In this document: in pieces, positions 13,218 to 27,869 of the stretch
Layout: every line of letters starts with the position of its first letter
How positions within the stretch are numbered: position 1 is the stretch's first letter
Assembly: GCF_009914755.1 (NCBI RefSeq)
Contig: NC_060930.1
Strand: one strand, 5' to 3'
Origin: the human T2T-CHM13v2.0 reference genome, Homo sapiens
Length of the DNA: 64,000 nucleotides
Notes under the pieces: model-generated
What the model saw: the letters and a program-made list of their open reading frames with translations, nothing else
The model's database searches: none
Told to the model about the DNA's origin: nothing
Position numbers and translations under genes: made by a program

Positions 13218-14105
13218 TAGAAGGGGCTTTCGCTTCTGTCAAATTGGCCACATTTCAACATAAAGTGGGTCAGAGTGATGAAAAACTGAAAAAGTTAAGG
13301 ATGGGCAATTTAATTTGTAAGATTTCAGGGAAATTAAAACAAATCCTCCAATGCAATAAGTTATGCACACACACACACAAATCCAATAGAATGGGGAATC
13401 ATTAGCTGTGAAAGGGATGGGGGTGGGCAAGAACAGTATGAGTGAGGAAAGACAGCCAAGATTAGTAGAGATGCCAAACAGGAGAGGAAGTCCAATCAGG
13501 CCAGGCAGCGGCGTCCTCTTTCCAAGATGTGAGTTGCCAGGAAGGTGGGTTCGTTATGCAGCTTGTTTAGGCTGTGCACCAGTTCCTATTTTTACTTAAA
13601 CCTATAAAAATGACTATATGGCAAGGAAGAACCCGCTGACACACCAGAATTGCTCAGAGTGATGAGCTAATTAAAATTCAATGGTCTTTCCCAGAGATGG
13701 CTCTATTTTTAACCTAATTCTGACTGTCACTATTGTGTGAGGTTTACTTTTTTTTTTTTTATGAAAATACTTTTTCCCTTCTTAATATTCTCATGAATAA
13801 TTTAGCCCAGCTGATAATTCCTCTAGTCTTCTTCTAGCATTTCGTCTAAAGATGTGGTGACATTCCTGGGCAGAAGGGAACTGGTAAAAACCATGTGAAT
13901 TCTTGTCCCCTGCTCGCCCAGTTAAATCTAAAGGGTTAAAAAAAATGGTGGCACAAAAAGGACTACAGCCTGAGCATTCTAAAGGTCACTCTAAAGGTCA
14001 CCATCACCTCCTTATAATTTTTCTCCAACCCTTCAAGGTAGTAGTATCCACATCCACAAATGTTTTCTAAAAGTCCATGGATAACTGATTAGAAGTAATG
14101 GAATA

Positions 14106-14420
<315 letters not shown>

Positions 14421-15917
14421 TTAGGTTCTTATTTATAGGGACCCTGGACTAGTCCATACAAGCATTTTAACCCAAAAACTGTTGAAATGCTTCATGCTTA
14501 GAATGTGTGTGCACACGCACATGTAAACATGGCTTCAGTTTTAGAAATGGTTTTCAATGAATCTCAAGCACGACTATTTTTTCTTGTGAAAATTTCCCTT
14601 ACATTTAGGTATATCTCCACATTCAAGAGAAAAAATAATAAACAAAAACTCAGTATGCTGTAACCACAATTAAGATTTGTTGAGCATCACCCTTCTCTTT
14701 TTGGAGGAAGCGGCAAATTATAAGAAAATAGATCCAATTTTATCAGGATGACTATAAGAAAATCGGCTACAATAGACTTTGCTGAATTTCACTTTTTGGA
14801 ATATACATTTCCATTAAAAAATTCCTGGTTGGGAATTTTTTTTCCCTAAATTTATTTTTTCCTTGGATTTTCTTTCAAAAAACAAAAAGAGGTTAGCCAT
14901 ACGTAGGAAGGCAAAAACCCTTTTAAGAATTATGCTTCTGTGGGAAATGACTGAAAGGGAAATTATTTAACAGTACAACTAAAATGCTTAAAACAAGCTT
15001 CAGAGAGCCTTGACTGTGGGTCTTTGAGGAATTGCGAGGCTCACCGGGGCAGTGGGGGTGCATGTGCCTTCCAACGGCAGGTGGCCCATGCCTGGCTCTC
15101 ACTTTGTACGAAGCTTTCTCTGCACAGGTGTCGAAAGCAAGGCTCACTCGCACTGGAGACGAAGCCTCCAGGTGTGCTGCAACCTTGCAACCACAGATAC
15201 ACACACAGCCCTTGAGGCGGTGGCCAGGTGGCCTGCGGGGCAGCTCATGCCCAGCCCCTTCAGCATGCAGTGGTGGGAGCTCCTGGCTCCCCTCAGTGCC
15301 TCTCACCTGACTCAGGTCTGTGTGCCCAAGGCCAGCTCAAACTCCAAGTTGAGCAAGTCCTCACGATGACCTTCAGTGTGCCTACACCTGCTTCCCTTGC
15401 AAACATTTAATGCAGAGAAAACGTCAATTGTGGTTTGGCTTCAATAACTTGATTGATCTCTTAAAACCAATAGGACTTTCAAAGCCAGGACATCACGACT
15501 CACTTCTCTGCAGACCTGCAGCAGGGACTATTAAGTGTTCAATTTCCTGAAAACAGCTCCTACCTGAGATTTATTTACCACTCAGCTGCTCCCAGCAACG
15601 TGGCCTTGTTCTTTAGAATCACTTTATTTTACTTAATCTCCAAGAGATACCACAACACGAAAATGAACTTACTTGAAAAAGAGTCTTGGAGAGCCTCTGC
15701 ACCTCACTTTCCTCTCCTCGAGCTGACGAGGATGTTATTTTGATGTTTATCTGGTGCCATGGTAACTTTCATGACTTGAGATTTACTTTTCAGACTTAGA
15801 GTGATTATGGAAAGTCATTTTAGCAAATAATTATTGAGTGCCTACCAAGTGTGGAAGATAAGATAAATAAGACGTTGCTTTCCTCAAATGGGCACAAGTC
15901 AGAGTGCCAAGGGCTAG

Positions 15918-16236
15918 GCTAGAAATCTGCAAACTTTTCCAGAAAGAAAGCCAAATGGCAAATATTTTAGGTGCTGCAGGCCACATGGCATCTGCTGCTA
16001 GAGAACAAAAGTCACCATAGAAAATATAAGTGAAGGGTTGCCAGGGCTGTGATCTAATAAAACTTTATTTGTGGACATTGAAATGGAAATTTCCTAAATT
16101 TTCATGTGTCACAAAACATTGAGCTTTTGATTTTTTTTCTCAACTGTTTAAAAATGTAAAAACCATTCATAGCTTGCAGGCGGCTATGAAAACAGGCAGC
16201 TGGCTTTGGCCAGTAGGCGGGGGCTTAGACTCCTGG
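15918..16236. mobile_element. MER58B-like hAT-Charlie element
   Basis: gcaaacttttcc...aaatattttagg...ggccacatgg...aataaaactttatttgtggacattgaaat...catgtgtcacaaaa pattern. Confidence 0.75.
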
Positions 16237-16508
16237 ATGGACCCTCAGGCCTGCCCCTTACCAGCTCTATGGGTGGAGGGGAATTGCCTGAACTTCCTGA
16301 ACCTCAGTTTTCTCATTTGTAAAATGGGGATAAAAATCTTTGTCTTGTGGGTTCTAAGAATTAGATACTGAAACACAGAAAACACCAAATGAATGTTAGC
16401 TAATCTCCTTCCTTGATGATGATAACCACATTGATAAAGCAGTAACAACTAACCCTCCTGAACATTTATTTCCTGCCAGGCACTGTGTTAAGTGCTACCT
16501 ACTTTTTA

Positions 16509-16689
16509 CAGTATATTATCTAACCTAAGATGCCATCGATTTTAAGATGCACCATTATTGAATGTACCACCAAGAAAGAAAAAGCTGCGAGTTAACCTCT
16601 GACACAGCATCGATTGTAAGATCCTGATTCACAAATGCTCAAGAGTATGTGTGTTTTGGAGGATGCATCTTAGAATCAATACAATATGG
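16509..16689. mobile_element. MER104-like Tc1/mariner MITE inserted in a MIR
   Basis: Degenerate TIRs (cagtatattatctaacctaagatgc / gcatcttagaatcaatacaatatgg) flanked by TA. MIR halves on both sides (ccaggcactgtgttaagtgct; tttacagatgaggaaactgagg). Confidence 0.75.
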
Positions 16690-17641
16690 TATCTTCTTTA
16701 ATCCCACGACCATCCCAGGAGGTATGTACTCTCATCATCCCTAATTTACAGATGAGGAAACTGAGGAACAGTTCCTAGCCCATGCTTAAACAGCTAGAAG
16801 CATCCGTGCTGAGGCCATGAACCTGGGCAACCTAGTCCAGGATCTGAGCTCTGCCTCGAGGGCACAGACTCCTGTGATGAGGCTGGACCACTTGGGACTC
16901 TGAATATGCAAGGGAAGGGCAAGGAAGTCTGAAGCAGGGTAAACACCATCGGGCCAGTAAATCTTGTCCATCTAGTGTTTCAAAGTAGGGTATGAATGCA
17001 GTAACAGGTAACAGGGATTTGAAAATGTGGAATAAAAGTGGCAAGATGCACGAAGGTCTAAGCCTGCAGGCTCCTCCTGCTGGCTGTGCTGGGAAGGGGG
17101 GATGGGCGTGGCTGCTGACAGCACGTAAGGTGGACAGAGCAGGGCATGAGGAGAAGTCCAGGGAGATCTTTCTTACACTTGAGCTTTACTGTCTTGTGTG
17201 GAAGGAACACATGTGGGCTGTGGAGTTCAGGGGCCAGACACCAGCCTGGAGCTCTGTCGTGTACTGGTGGCGTGGCCTGAGGAAACCGTGGCTTCCCCCC
17301 ATGTCTCATGCACAGGGCCCTCAGCATGGACTGCAGCCTCCCAGCTCAGCTGGGAGCAGCAGGTGAGACCATGAGCATCCCAGGGAGCTGGAGCACAGCC
17401 GGGGCGTTAGATATGGAGCCTCAGGGTGCGCAAGTCCTAGGACAATCTAGGCCAACATTCTCTTCCAAATTCTGACTTGTTTTTATTTCACAATGTCGAT
17501 CTCAAATCTCTTTCTCTTCATTATATTTCATCGCCAAACATTTATGAAATACTTAAAATACACTAAGTGAGAGTCAGGATTCTTCCGTAAAACTCCAATT
17601 AGCCAAAAGCTTGCCCAGTCCGTGCCTTCAGCCTATGTTAT

Positions 17642-18183
17642 CATGCAGGAAAGAATTAACCCATGAGTTCTGAGGCTGCTCTGCTTAGGAAGGCCTGCCT
17701 GCGAGGCTGGTTCTTGGCTGGCATCTGGGAAGTTGGATTCCGAAGGGTTAACACTGTCCCCTAACTGATCTTCCCTAAGATGTCTCACAAACAATGTGGA
17801 TTGTGCCAAGCAAGTGCTTTCCTTCTGGGAGTCTGGGATGTTGGCATGCACCAGGCAGCCTGTGCCTGTGTGACCAGTCCCACAAAACCCCCCGGGCACT
17901 AAGTCTCTAGTGCGATTCCCTGGTAGACAACCCTGGACATGTGTTGTCACAATCCCATGTGGGGGAAGTCAGCACATCCTGTGTGACTCCGCTGGGAGAA
18001 GACTCTTAGAAGCTTGTGTCTGGTTTCCTCTGGACTTTGCCCCATCTGCTTTTCCCCTTTGCTGATTTTGCTCTGTGTCCTTTTGCTGTAATAAATCATA
18101 GCCACATGTACAACTATATGCTGAGTGCTGTGGTTCCCAGTTATTCAGCCAACCTGGGGGTGGTCTTGGGGACCCCTGACACA
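17642..18183 (+). mobile_element. Solo LTR, MER68-like (ERVL)
   Basis: gcaggaaagaattaac...cttaggaaggcctgc...gctgtaataaatcatagcc...gggggtggtcttggggacccctgacaca. Poly(A) signal and CA end present. Confidence 0.85.
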
Positions 18184-18296
18184 GCCATCCTCAGCCAATT
18201 CATTTTAGAATACTGTTCTTCTGGAGCAGTGCTTTGTGAGGCATAGGAAGGCCTGGGGGAGAGGTGGAGGGCTCTGACTATACCCACCCTAAATCA

Positions 18297-18412
18297 AAAG
18301 AAGAAGCTGGGAAGAAAAAGAGAAGAAGAAGAAAAAAAAGAAAGAAGAAGAAGAAAGGAAGAAGAAAAGGAAGAGGAGGAGGAGGAAGAAGAGGAGGAAG
18401 CAGCAGCAACAG
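18297..18412 (+). repeat. Polypurine (GAA)/(GGA)n low-complexity tract ending in (GCA)n
   Basis: About 90 nt of uninterrupted purines at 18309-18400. Confidence 0.9.
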
Positions 18413-18544
18413 CAGGTCACCTATTGTTCCATTCAGTGTTGACCAGGCACCAATTACACACTCAGGGGACAGTGACACTGTGATCGCTGCCCTTCAGAAA
18501 CTTACGGTCCAGTAAAGGAGGCAGCAATGGAGATGATGATGATG

Positions 18545-18800
18545 GCAGTAACAGTGAACAGTGGACACTCATCTGGTGCCCACTACGTGCCAGGCACTGT
18601 CCTAAGCACTTTGACGTTAACTCCAGCAATCCTCACGGCAACCTTGGGAGGCAGGTACTTTTGTTATCTCCATCTTTACAGATGAGGAAGCTGAGCACAA
18701 AAAGGTTAAGTATCTGCCCAAGGTCACAAGGCTAGTTATCAGCAACACATCCTCTGATTTCAAAACCTCACTACTTAACCATTATATCATACTACCTCTC
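18545..18800 (-). mobile_element. MIR
   Basis: ccaggcactgtcctaagcac...tttacagatgaggaagctgag...tgcccaaggtcaca core. Confidence 0.85.
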
Positions 18801-21700
18801 TCTGGACATAGAGAGAGGTCTGCACTAGCATAAACACAGGCCCAACTTTACCTACATCTTTTTCTTTTGTTAAATATCATTTATGACATCCTCTCCAGCA
18901 GCAGAATGATTTGTGTGCAAGTCAGAATGCCTATGCTGGGCTCTCAGCTATATGTCCAGGCTCAAGCCTGGTATATCTTTGGGTTCCCTCCCTGGCACCA
19001 TGCACATGGTGAGCGGTCGGACGCCAGCTGGGTGGATGAGAATAACCACTGGGGACTGGGAGGCCTGTGATGACAGGCAGAAGGAAACACATGGAGGATG
19101 GATCCTGAAGGTAAATCCTGGAGAGTCAGAAAGGAAAACTAGCAATCTACCTGACAGTAACAACATGAGCAAAGTGCTGGAGCCAGCAATGAGGGCGACA
19201 AGTTGAGGAGCCAAAGGAAGGTTGGCTGGAATAAAGGGTGTGCTTTGGAGAAACTGGGCGGGCTGAAACTATGATGACCCTTAAGTAAAAAAAGTGTGAA
19301 AGTAATTGGTAGCCAGTGAGAAAGAAAGTGACCATAATGAAAGTGAGGATTTGGGAAGATGAATCTGGGGGCAGAAGAGAGGGATGGCTTAGCTGGGCCG
19401 AAGCCCTGAAGCAGAGCAAGGAGCTGACAAGTTGCTGCTGGAATCTCAGCACAATGTCACCCAGCACAGCCAGCCCTGGGGACAGGCCAAACCCAAAACT
19501 GGAGGCAGTTTCAGTGCTAGATCTGTCCAAGTAAGACCTCAGAGAACCATCTCTGACATTCTTTCCCACTTTATCCTTTTAGGATTCTAATAGACTCAGG
19601 TTAGAATTTGGGTGGTGGCTGTGGTTTTTAAGAACCATTTCTAAAGAGGAAACTGATGGACTCTGGTAGCTCATTAACAGTGGCAGGGGTCTTTGAAGAG
19701 TAAACGCAGAAAACTGAATGAACAACGGTGCTGATGATGGGAGTAAGGATGTCTTGGAAGAAAATCCAAACATTCTTTATTTCACACAAAATTATGCACA
19801 AAGGAAAACAGTCATCTCAATAGCGATAAGAAGTGAGACTTCAAATGACAACAAGCTACAGGAAGAAAAAAATCAGCAGAAAAAAATGACAAACAAGCCT
19901 ATGAAAAAAATGAACCAGTTGATAGTTGGTTTATCCACCTCTATTCATCATTTAACATTTTCAGTACTCCCAGATTCAAAGCAAACCACCTCCTGTCAAA
20001 TTATTGCTTATAAACTCTGTAGAGTCTGATGAATTCTCATGATTATATCTGACAACATTCAGTGTTTTGAAATGGAATGTCAGCTACTGACCCTCAGGAA
20101 GCTAATTGCTTTTCAATATATTCAGCACAGTTATGCGTCCAACTAAACCATTCGCTGACTATGGTAGTGGTGCACTACAGTGAGCTTTATTGCCAGAATC
20201 AATGTGGGCCAGTGGGCTAGTGCTGAGGCCATCACTGTGGGCAGGGATATGAGTTCTGGGGAGAAACTGCTCAACCTATTTTCAGCAGATGTAATTTACA
20301 GCTTTGTGTATAGTCTCTCTCACCACAGAGGGGATTTAAAGCCTCTAATGTGTATATCTGTGTTGAATATATAAGGTGGGTATTAAATATGACAGGATAA
20401 GCACTTCTGCAATTGGCCCCCTTCCAGTTAATCATCTTGCTTTGGACACATATACTTGGTCACTACTGGCAAAGACCAATTTCTGGTTTAATGGAGCAGA
20501 ATGAAAAGATCCAGGTACAAATATCTATCTATCAACTGTCTCTATTCTTATTAAAATATTCCCCTCAGAGGAAAACACACGCCTATTCTGCTTACTTGAA
20601 GTTGCCTTTTAAGTAGTTGGTAAATTAGGAATTTTAATAGTAGAAATAAATTCATTTGGTGCCATGTGTATTTCAATTCTATTTCTAGAAGGCATTAGGA
20701 AGCCTCTTCCATATTTCATTTTTGAATATTTTATGGCCATATACATTTCTTTGGAAAAACACATTGCTTTTCAGGCAATAAAGATCGTGCAGATTTTATT
20801 AAACAATTGTGCCAGTAAGAGCATATCAGTAAATACCAATGCTGGCTTCAGAATAAAAGGTTTATTGTGCAGTCATTGCAGAGCTCTGTCCATTAGCGGG
20901 AAACCAGACTGAAGACTGGACACCCAGCTGCCTCCTCCTCCTTCTTCATTTCAACGTCTGATTTGAGCAACGCATCTGCCCATTGCTGTGCCCCAGCCAA
21001 AGGAAACCAACTCTATATCACGGAGCAAAGCAAACCTTCCCACTGTCCTCCTCTGAAGTTGACCTTTCTGAGCTGGGTTATAGTCCCTACCGCCCCTCAC
21101 CTCGCACCTTCCCTCTGCCTGCCCCCACCGACATCCTGTAGCTCCCATTTCAGTAGCTCTGTGCCTCTTTCACCCCAGAATGTGCCTTCTTGTCCTTCTG
21201 CCCAACTAAATACCTCCCTCTCGAGTCCTTCCTTCCATAGGGAGACTTTCCTATCTTTCAAAGTTCATGCCGTTCTTTCCCTTCTCCTAAATTTCCAAAG
21301 ACTTTCAGCCACCCAGCATCAATCCTTACATCATTCGCTTATTTTACAAGCATTTCATTCAGTGTATTTAGGCACAGTTCACTGTATTAGGTCATTTGGA
21401 CAAAAATGGACAGGACAGACAATTATCTCGTAGACTAGCTGGAGTGAGAAGGCATCCTGTAAGAAAGGCAAAAGTGAAGTAGGTCCTGCAGGGGTTTGGG
21501 GAGTGAGGCTGGCCTCCTGGCTGGGAGGGTGGGGGAGATGGGAAGAAGATCTTTCAAGAAAAAGGGCCTTCTGAGTTGGTCCCTGAGAAACAGATAGAAT
21601 GTGGCTATGCAAATGGTAGATGGAGGAAGAAGGGCATTTCAGATGGAGGAGAGGGTCCACATGAAGGTGTCGGGGGAAGGGCTGGGTGGAGAGCTCCAAT

Positions 21701-22061
21701 TCTGATCTAGTAGCAATATTGTCCTTACTTCCAATCAGGTGAGTCATCTAGAGCAGAGGTTGGCAAACTGCAGCCTGCGGGACAAATTTGGCCCACTGCC
21801 TGTTTTTGTAAATAAAGCTTTATTGTAACACCCATTTGTTTACATATCATCTGTGGCTGCCTTATGCTATGGTGACAGGATTAAGTAGTTGTGACAAAAA
21901 ACATATGGCCTGCAAAGCCCAAAATATTTACCATCTGGGACATTACAGAAAAAGTTTGCTGAGCCCTAGTCTAGTATTATAGCCAGGGAAGGTGTAGGGA
22001 GGAAAGGGCTCTTGGCCAAAGAAGGGCATTGCTGCTGATTACTGATGGAATGATGGAATGG
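21701..22061 (+). repeat. Copy 1 of a 361-bp local duplication (contains MER58A at ~21754-21969 plus unique flanks)
   Basis: Aligns end to end with 27235-27594: 24 substitutions and 1 indel by hand count. Confidence 0.95.
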
Positions 22062-23248
22062 AGAGGGTCAACAGAGGGAACACTGGATGGAAAGCAGTGG
22101 GATGAATGCTAAGAGAGCCCACCAACTGCCAGACCTCTGCCAGGCCTCCTGGACCCTCTGGCAGGGGAGGCCACCCTGCTGTGCCTGAATGGTGCAGTGA
22201 CTGGGTGCCACGTGTGTGCTCTCTCCAGTCTGTGGGCAGCATGAAGGCAGAAAGCACCATTATGGCTTTAATGCCTTCCCCTCCCATGCAGCTGCATCCA
22301 CAGGACCTGAGGAGTAAACTGTGCCCCTCCAAGTCTCGCACTGAACGTGTCTAGGCTGCAGATCAGTGACTCAGGCTGTACTAAAGAAAGACAATGAGCA
22401 GTGGAGAACAGCACTGGGCCAGGCAGAGGCTGTAGGTGGGGAAACGAGTGAGGAGACTATTGACAACATCCCAAGATGGAATGACACTAGCACAGTGGCC
22501 CTGGCAGGGAAGTACTTACACCTCATACAGGCAGTCTCAGCTCCTCCAGAGAACAGCCGCTGCAGAGGGGATCGTGCCCCTTCCACTGCCCAGCAGCCAC
22601 CAAAAGAACAACAGGGCACTTGAGGTATCAGCAGTTCTGCCAGCCTGAGGATGTTGCTGTTTCACAGCTCCTGGGAGCAATTCCTCCAGGGAACAGGACA
22701 CCCAGGAGTCCCGAGGTGTCTGCTGGGCAGGGCAATGGTTGTTATGGAATCTGTTTACCCGGAAACCACCACGACGCCACATACCTAAGAATACCTAGGG
22801 CACTTATGACTGATTCCTACATGCCCGCAACTCCTCTTTAACATTTAATATCACCGATGGCTCCGAACACTTTGTACTTTTTGCTCAGCTGACCTGGAAG
22901 CCTTTGGTCGTTTTCCCTCCTAGCTGGGCCCATGTTTGTCAGGTGGGTGCACTGAGAGGTCAGAAGTCAACATGGCCCGAAGTCCATCAGGCATGGGTGG
23001 TGAGAACCAGGACCGTTCTCCCAGGAATAGAAGGGTGAAAGCACCTGCAGACCTCGGCCCGTGATTCAGCACTTACTCCTGAAAGACTTGAGGGTATTTT
23101 TAAAACTTTTTACAAAGCGACCATTGCTGCTGTTGCTACTGAGGCAACAGGGTAATTGTTTCCTTTGAAAAGCCATCACTTCCTCTCCTATTTTATGTGG
23201 TTCTTATCTGTCGACTGTGACTGGCTTTCACTACTTGAAGGGCATTAG

Positions 23249-23654
<406 letters not shown>

Positions 23655-24654
23655 TCAGTGTCAGGTTTTAACATGAAGGAGGAGCTGAATCGTGGCCTGG
23701 GCTCTAAGTTGCAGGTCAGGCAAAACCTGTCTTTATGGGAGAGTTGTCTGGGCCTCCCTGCCAGCATGACACTTTTTGCCCTGTTTTCTCCACAGTGTAA
23801 TTCTGGTGCCCTTAATGAGCTCTCTGGAGATTCTCTCCCATGGCTGGCCTGTCTCTGAGACAAGTTCTAGTCTCTGATGTTGAGTCTAGACCACAGCAAC
23901 AATTCTAAAATGTCCTTCTCCTCCACCAAGGGGACTTCGGCTTCCCCCAATAAACATGCTCTTTCCTCTTGGCAAAAGTAGTTTAAAAACCTGCTGGATT
24001 TGGAGTTCTTTGAGGGAATGGTCTATCTTTTTAATGACTATCTATGAACTCAAAAAACCACCTAATGCTCCCTGATAAAGTTCAGAGTGTGCTTCTCATT
24101 GTCCAGAATGAGATGTGTATCTCCTGCTATGGAACGCTGTCACAGAACTATCGAACACCATGCAGCAAATTCAAGGCTTTACACTTGCAGGGCTTAGACA
24201 GGGGATTTGGGAGGTGTGCGAGGGTGGGCAGAGAGAAGGATAGACAGCGTTTTCCACGTGGTTTTGGATAGTTTAGCTTAGGTGAAAGAGAAAGGCAAAC
24301 AAACATTTTGGGGACTGAAATGCTGCCATTTGTTCCTTTCCCCCAATACTAAAATTCTCCCACCAAGACTACCCTCGCTTCATATCACCTTGAACACAAG
24401 TTGAAAACCTAAACCTTTGCAGCATGTGCTTACGTAGAAACTTATGCAATTCAAACAGAAGTCATGCAGCTGGGACGGGCTCAGATTGCCTGATGACTAC
24501 TCAACGAGCTGCCCTCAGCTCCCAGCAGGGGCTTCAAAGGGTTCCTGTGGTTTCATTTATTAGGGATGATAAATATTGTGCACACATTTCCCCAGTATCA
24601 GGGATCTTAGAACAGGATCAGTTTAAATCTTTGGAGAGAAAGGAGTGTGGATGC

Positions 24655-24684
24655 GTGTGTGTGTGTGTGTGTGCACGTGCGTGC
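24655..24684. repeat. (GT)n microsatellite with GCAC variants
   Basis: gtgtgtgtgtgtgtgtgtgcacgtgcgtgc. Confidence 0.85.
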
Positions 24685-25391
24685 ATCTGTACACATGCCT
24701 GTGGGAGAGATAAAGAGAGGAAATGTGAGAACATAATGAGGGATGAGGGGGCTAGAGGGTGAAGAGTACAGAAATCCCAAACAATCTCTGTTAAAGACAT
24801 AAATAATAGAATATGAATTCTAAGCCAGAGTAGCGCTTGATATCTGAACAACACTGACTCCATAGGGGTGAGTGGCTTACCCAAACTCAACAAGGTGAGC
24901 AGGCTTTAGAAACATTTAGATGAAAGCTTCAAACTGAAATGAATTGGTCTGGGTGAACAGGCATGATAGCCTTGACTATAACCCCTCCACTAACCTATCT
25001 TGACATAGTTAAGTAAGATAGTAGTATAAGGCTGAACTATTTCAAACCACAATAATAAGGAATTGGTAAGAAGAATATTCCAGGGAATAACTAATTTGGA
25101 TGCATCAGCTAATAGTATTTCCATACATCTGAGTGGCCCAACAATGGCCTGACCAATGAATCAAACATTTATTGACATTATCATGAAACTAGGCATTCCG
25201 GTAGATTTAAATCAATATGTACAAAGTCCTGTGAAACCGGACTCTATTTTGGAACTTCCTATTTACTCTCTACAAAACTCTATACACCCAAAGTCAACAC
25301 TAACATCCTTTCATGCTAGTACTAACTCACATTAAGTTATTAAAAAAAAAAATCAAGCTATTAGCAAGGACGGGGAAAACTGCAGTGAGTT

Positions 25392-25703
25392 TGTGTATCA
25401 GCCACAAGCTGTGTTGCACTGAAGTAACAACTTTTTAAAATCTCAGAGGCTGAAAATGCCAACAGCTTATTTCTTATTCACAATACATGCCTATTGAGGG
25501 CTGGTGGGTCTCTGCTTGTCATTGTCACGTGGGGATGCAGGCTGACGGAGCAGCTACCATTGTGAATGCTGCTGGCCGGCATCCAGGAGGCCTAGCAGGT
25601 CTCTTACAGGTAACTGAATGCTCCAGCCCAGAAGTGACAGGTCACTTCCACTCGCAGCTCATTGGTCAGGACCAGTCACAGGAATCTGCCTAACCTCATG
25701 GGC
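25392..25703 (-). mobile_element. Old MaLR LTR relic (MLT1K/L-like)
   Basis: aagtaacaac...aaatctcagaggctgaaa...ttatttctt...cagaagtgaca...cacttccactc...cattggtcaggaccagtcaca pattern. Confidence 0.65.
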
Positions 25704-27234
25704 ATTTTGAAATCTCTTCAACTTTTTGAAACTGCTTCAGAGATGCCTCGTATGTGAAGGCACTGACACCACGTCCTGGGTGCTTTGTGTCCTTAGGGGA
25801 ATGGCTGATGTCTCTAGGCCACTTTCTGTGTCTCCTTCATCAGAGCCCGAGAACCATCAAAAGGACTAACTGAAGTCCCTTCCCGTGGCTATCTCTCTGC
25901 CAGGCATGGGGACACCACATCTCCCCAGCCTGCTGGGGCCTCTCTGTGGGGAGGTGAGGAAGAGAAGCCTGCCTTAGTGAGGTCCATCTGCCCATTAACC
26001 ACAGCACTGTAGTACAGTGGGGGCTCAGCCATCTTCAACTTTATACTCTGATCTTTTTGGGGACCTTTCCCTAGGACACCTTTTGTCTATTCTGCCATAG
26101 GTTGGGCAGGATCAACTAACTACAGGACAGCAGAATGGGGCTGACTGAGTAGCCTCAGTGGTGAGGCGTTTCAGGACCAGTCCCCAATAAAAATTAACAA
26201 CAGCCAGGCTTAAAATATCAGCACAGCCACTGTGATAAACCATGTCGCAGAGAAGAGTGGGGACTCTCCAGCCAGACACGCTGTGCTCCCAATCCCAGCT
26301 CTACAGCCTTCCAGCCAAGCAAGCCTGGCCCAGCGCCCTGCCTTCTCTCTGCTCCATTTACCATCTGTGCGAGGGGGACAGTAGTGGAATTTATTTCTTA
26401 CAGGCTTATGGTGAGAATGGAATCAGGAGAAAAGAGCTAGAACAATGCCTGGCAGTGCACAGTAAAGTCCCTAGTTCCTTTTCTTATCAGCATCCTCTTG
26501 GCCTCCCTCAGCCACGCTCCTTTCAGACTCATTTGCTGCCACCATGAGCAAGACACACCCCTCACAATGATTTTGTGAGACAGGCATGCACCCTGCTTAA
26601 AGAATGAGAAGACTATGAGTGACCCAGATTCCCATCTGTCTGCCCCAGGCCCATGCTCTTTCCCTGCAATGTTCCGCCTCACTTACCCTGATGTCACGAT
26701 GACAAGGGGGTCCACTTTAACATAAGGGGAATAACTCAGTGGAGGTGGATCCTCCACTTGTACTTAGAGCTCTTCAAGGATGCTGCTCTGCTCTCTCAGT
26801 TCAACAAAGATAAGTCAATATTTTCTCCATGAGAATCTATTCTGCATGCTTGACAGAGTGACAGGGTTGAGCCACCAACTCTTAGTCCTCAGTATGCACA
26901 GCCAGCCAGGCTCAAGCCTCAGATGCTGGAGATGAATCAGGGAAGAAAGTGTCAGATGAAGGACAGTGAGGTGAATAGCTAAACTCTGTCCCAGCCTAAA
27001 ATTCAAATCTCATGGTAGTATTTTTAGTTGTGGCTTTGTAACGTAGTTTACAATGCATAACATACTGACCCTTAAGATGCACTTACGCCCTAGTCTGAAA
27101 ATTGCTACCTTTCTCCCTCAACTTTTATTTTGCCTCAAGGCCTTATGAGGTATCACAAGCTCAGCTTTATCCTTGCCTGTACTATTAATAGACTGGGCGA
27201 GTCCCCCTGGGCTCTGTGATCAAAGTTTCCCATC

Positions 27235-27594
27235 TCTGACCTAGTAGCAACATTGTCCTTCCTTCCAACCAGGTGAGTCATCTACGACAGAGGTTGGCAA
27301 ACTATAGCCTGTGGGACAAATTTGGCCCACTGCCTGCTTTTGTTAATAAAGCTTTATTGTAACACCCATTTGTTTACATATCATCTATGGCTGCTTTATG
27401 TTATGGTGGCAGGATTAAGTAGCTGTGGCAAAAAACATATGGCCTGCAAAGCCTAAAATATTTGCCATCTGGGACATTACAGAAAAAGTTTGTTGAGTCC
27501 TAGTCTAGTATTATAGCAAGGGAAGGTGTAGGGAGGAAAGAGCTCTTGCCAAAGAAGGGCATTGCTGCTGATTACTGATGGAATGATGGAATGG
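27235..27594 (+). repeat. Copy 2 of the 361-bp local duplication (contains MER58A at ~27288-27503)
   Basis: About 93% identical to 21701-22061, including non-transposon flanks. Confidence 0.95.
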
Positions 27595-27869
27595 TAAACT
27601 CACTCATTGTTTACAGACAGACTCTCAGACCAAAGGGTATGCACTTCATTTAACAAACATTTTCTTATGCCAGATCCTAAGACATAACAACGAGCAAGAT
27701 AAACTCCTTTTGGAGACTAAAATTGTGTGTTAGGGTGAAGATGGGGGTGTAAGGGAAAGAGAAGGAATAGAGAGATGTATAAAAGCAATGACAGCCCAAA
27801 TGATAGCAGCATATTCAGACAGCAGAGAAACAAACAAATGATAAAGCTATAAAGATCAACACAGGCGGC

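Noticed and set aside
18264-18515. Lys/Arg-rich 83-aa ORF resembling a basic nuclear protein
   Set aside because: Translation of the (GAA/GGA)n simple repeat.
19600-20030. A-rich 103-aa ORF suggesting a processed pseudogene or NUMT
   Set aside because: No recognisable parent protein, poly(A) tail or TSD.
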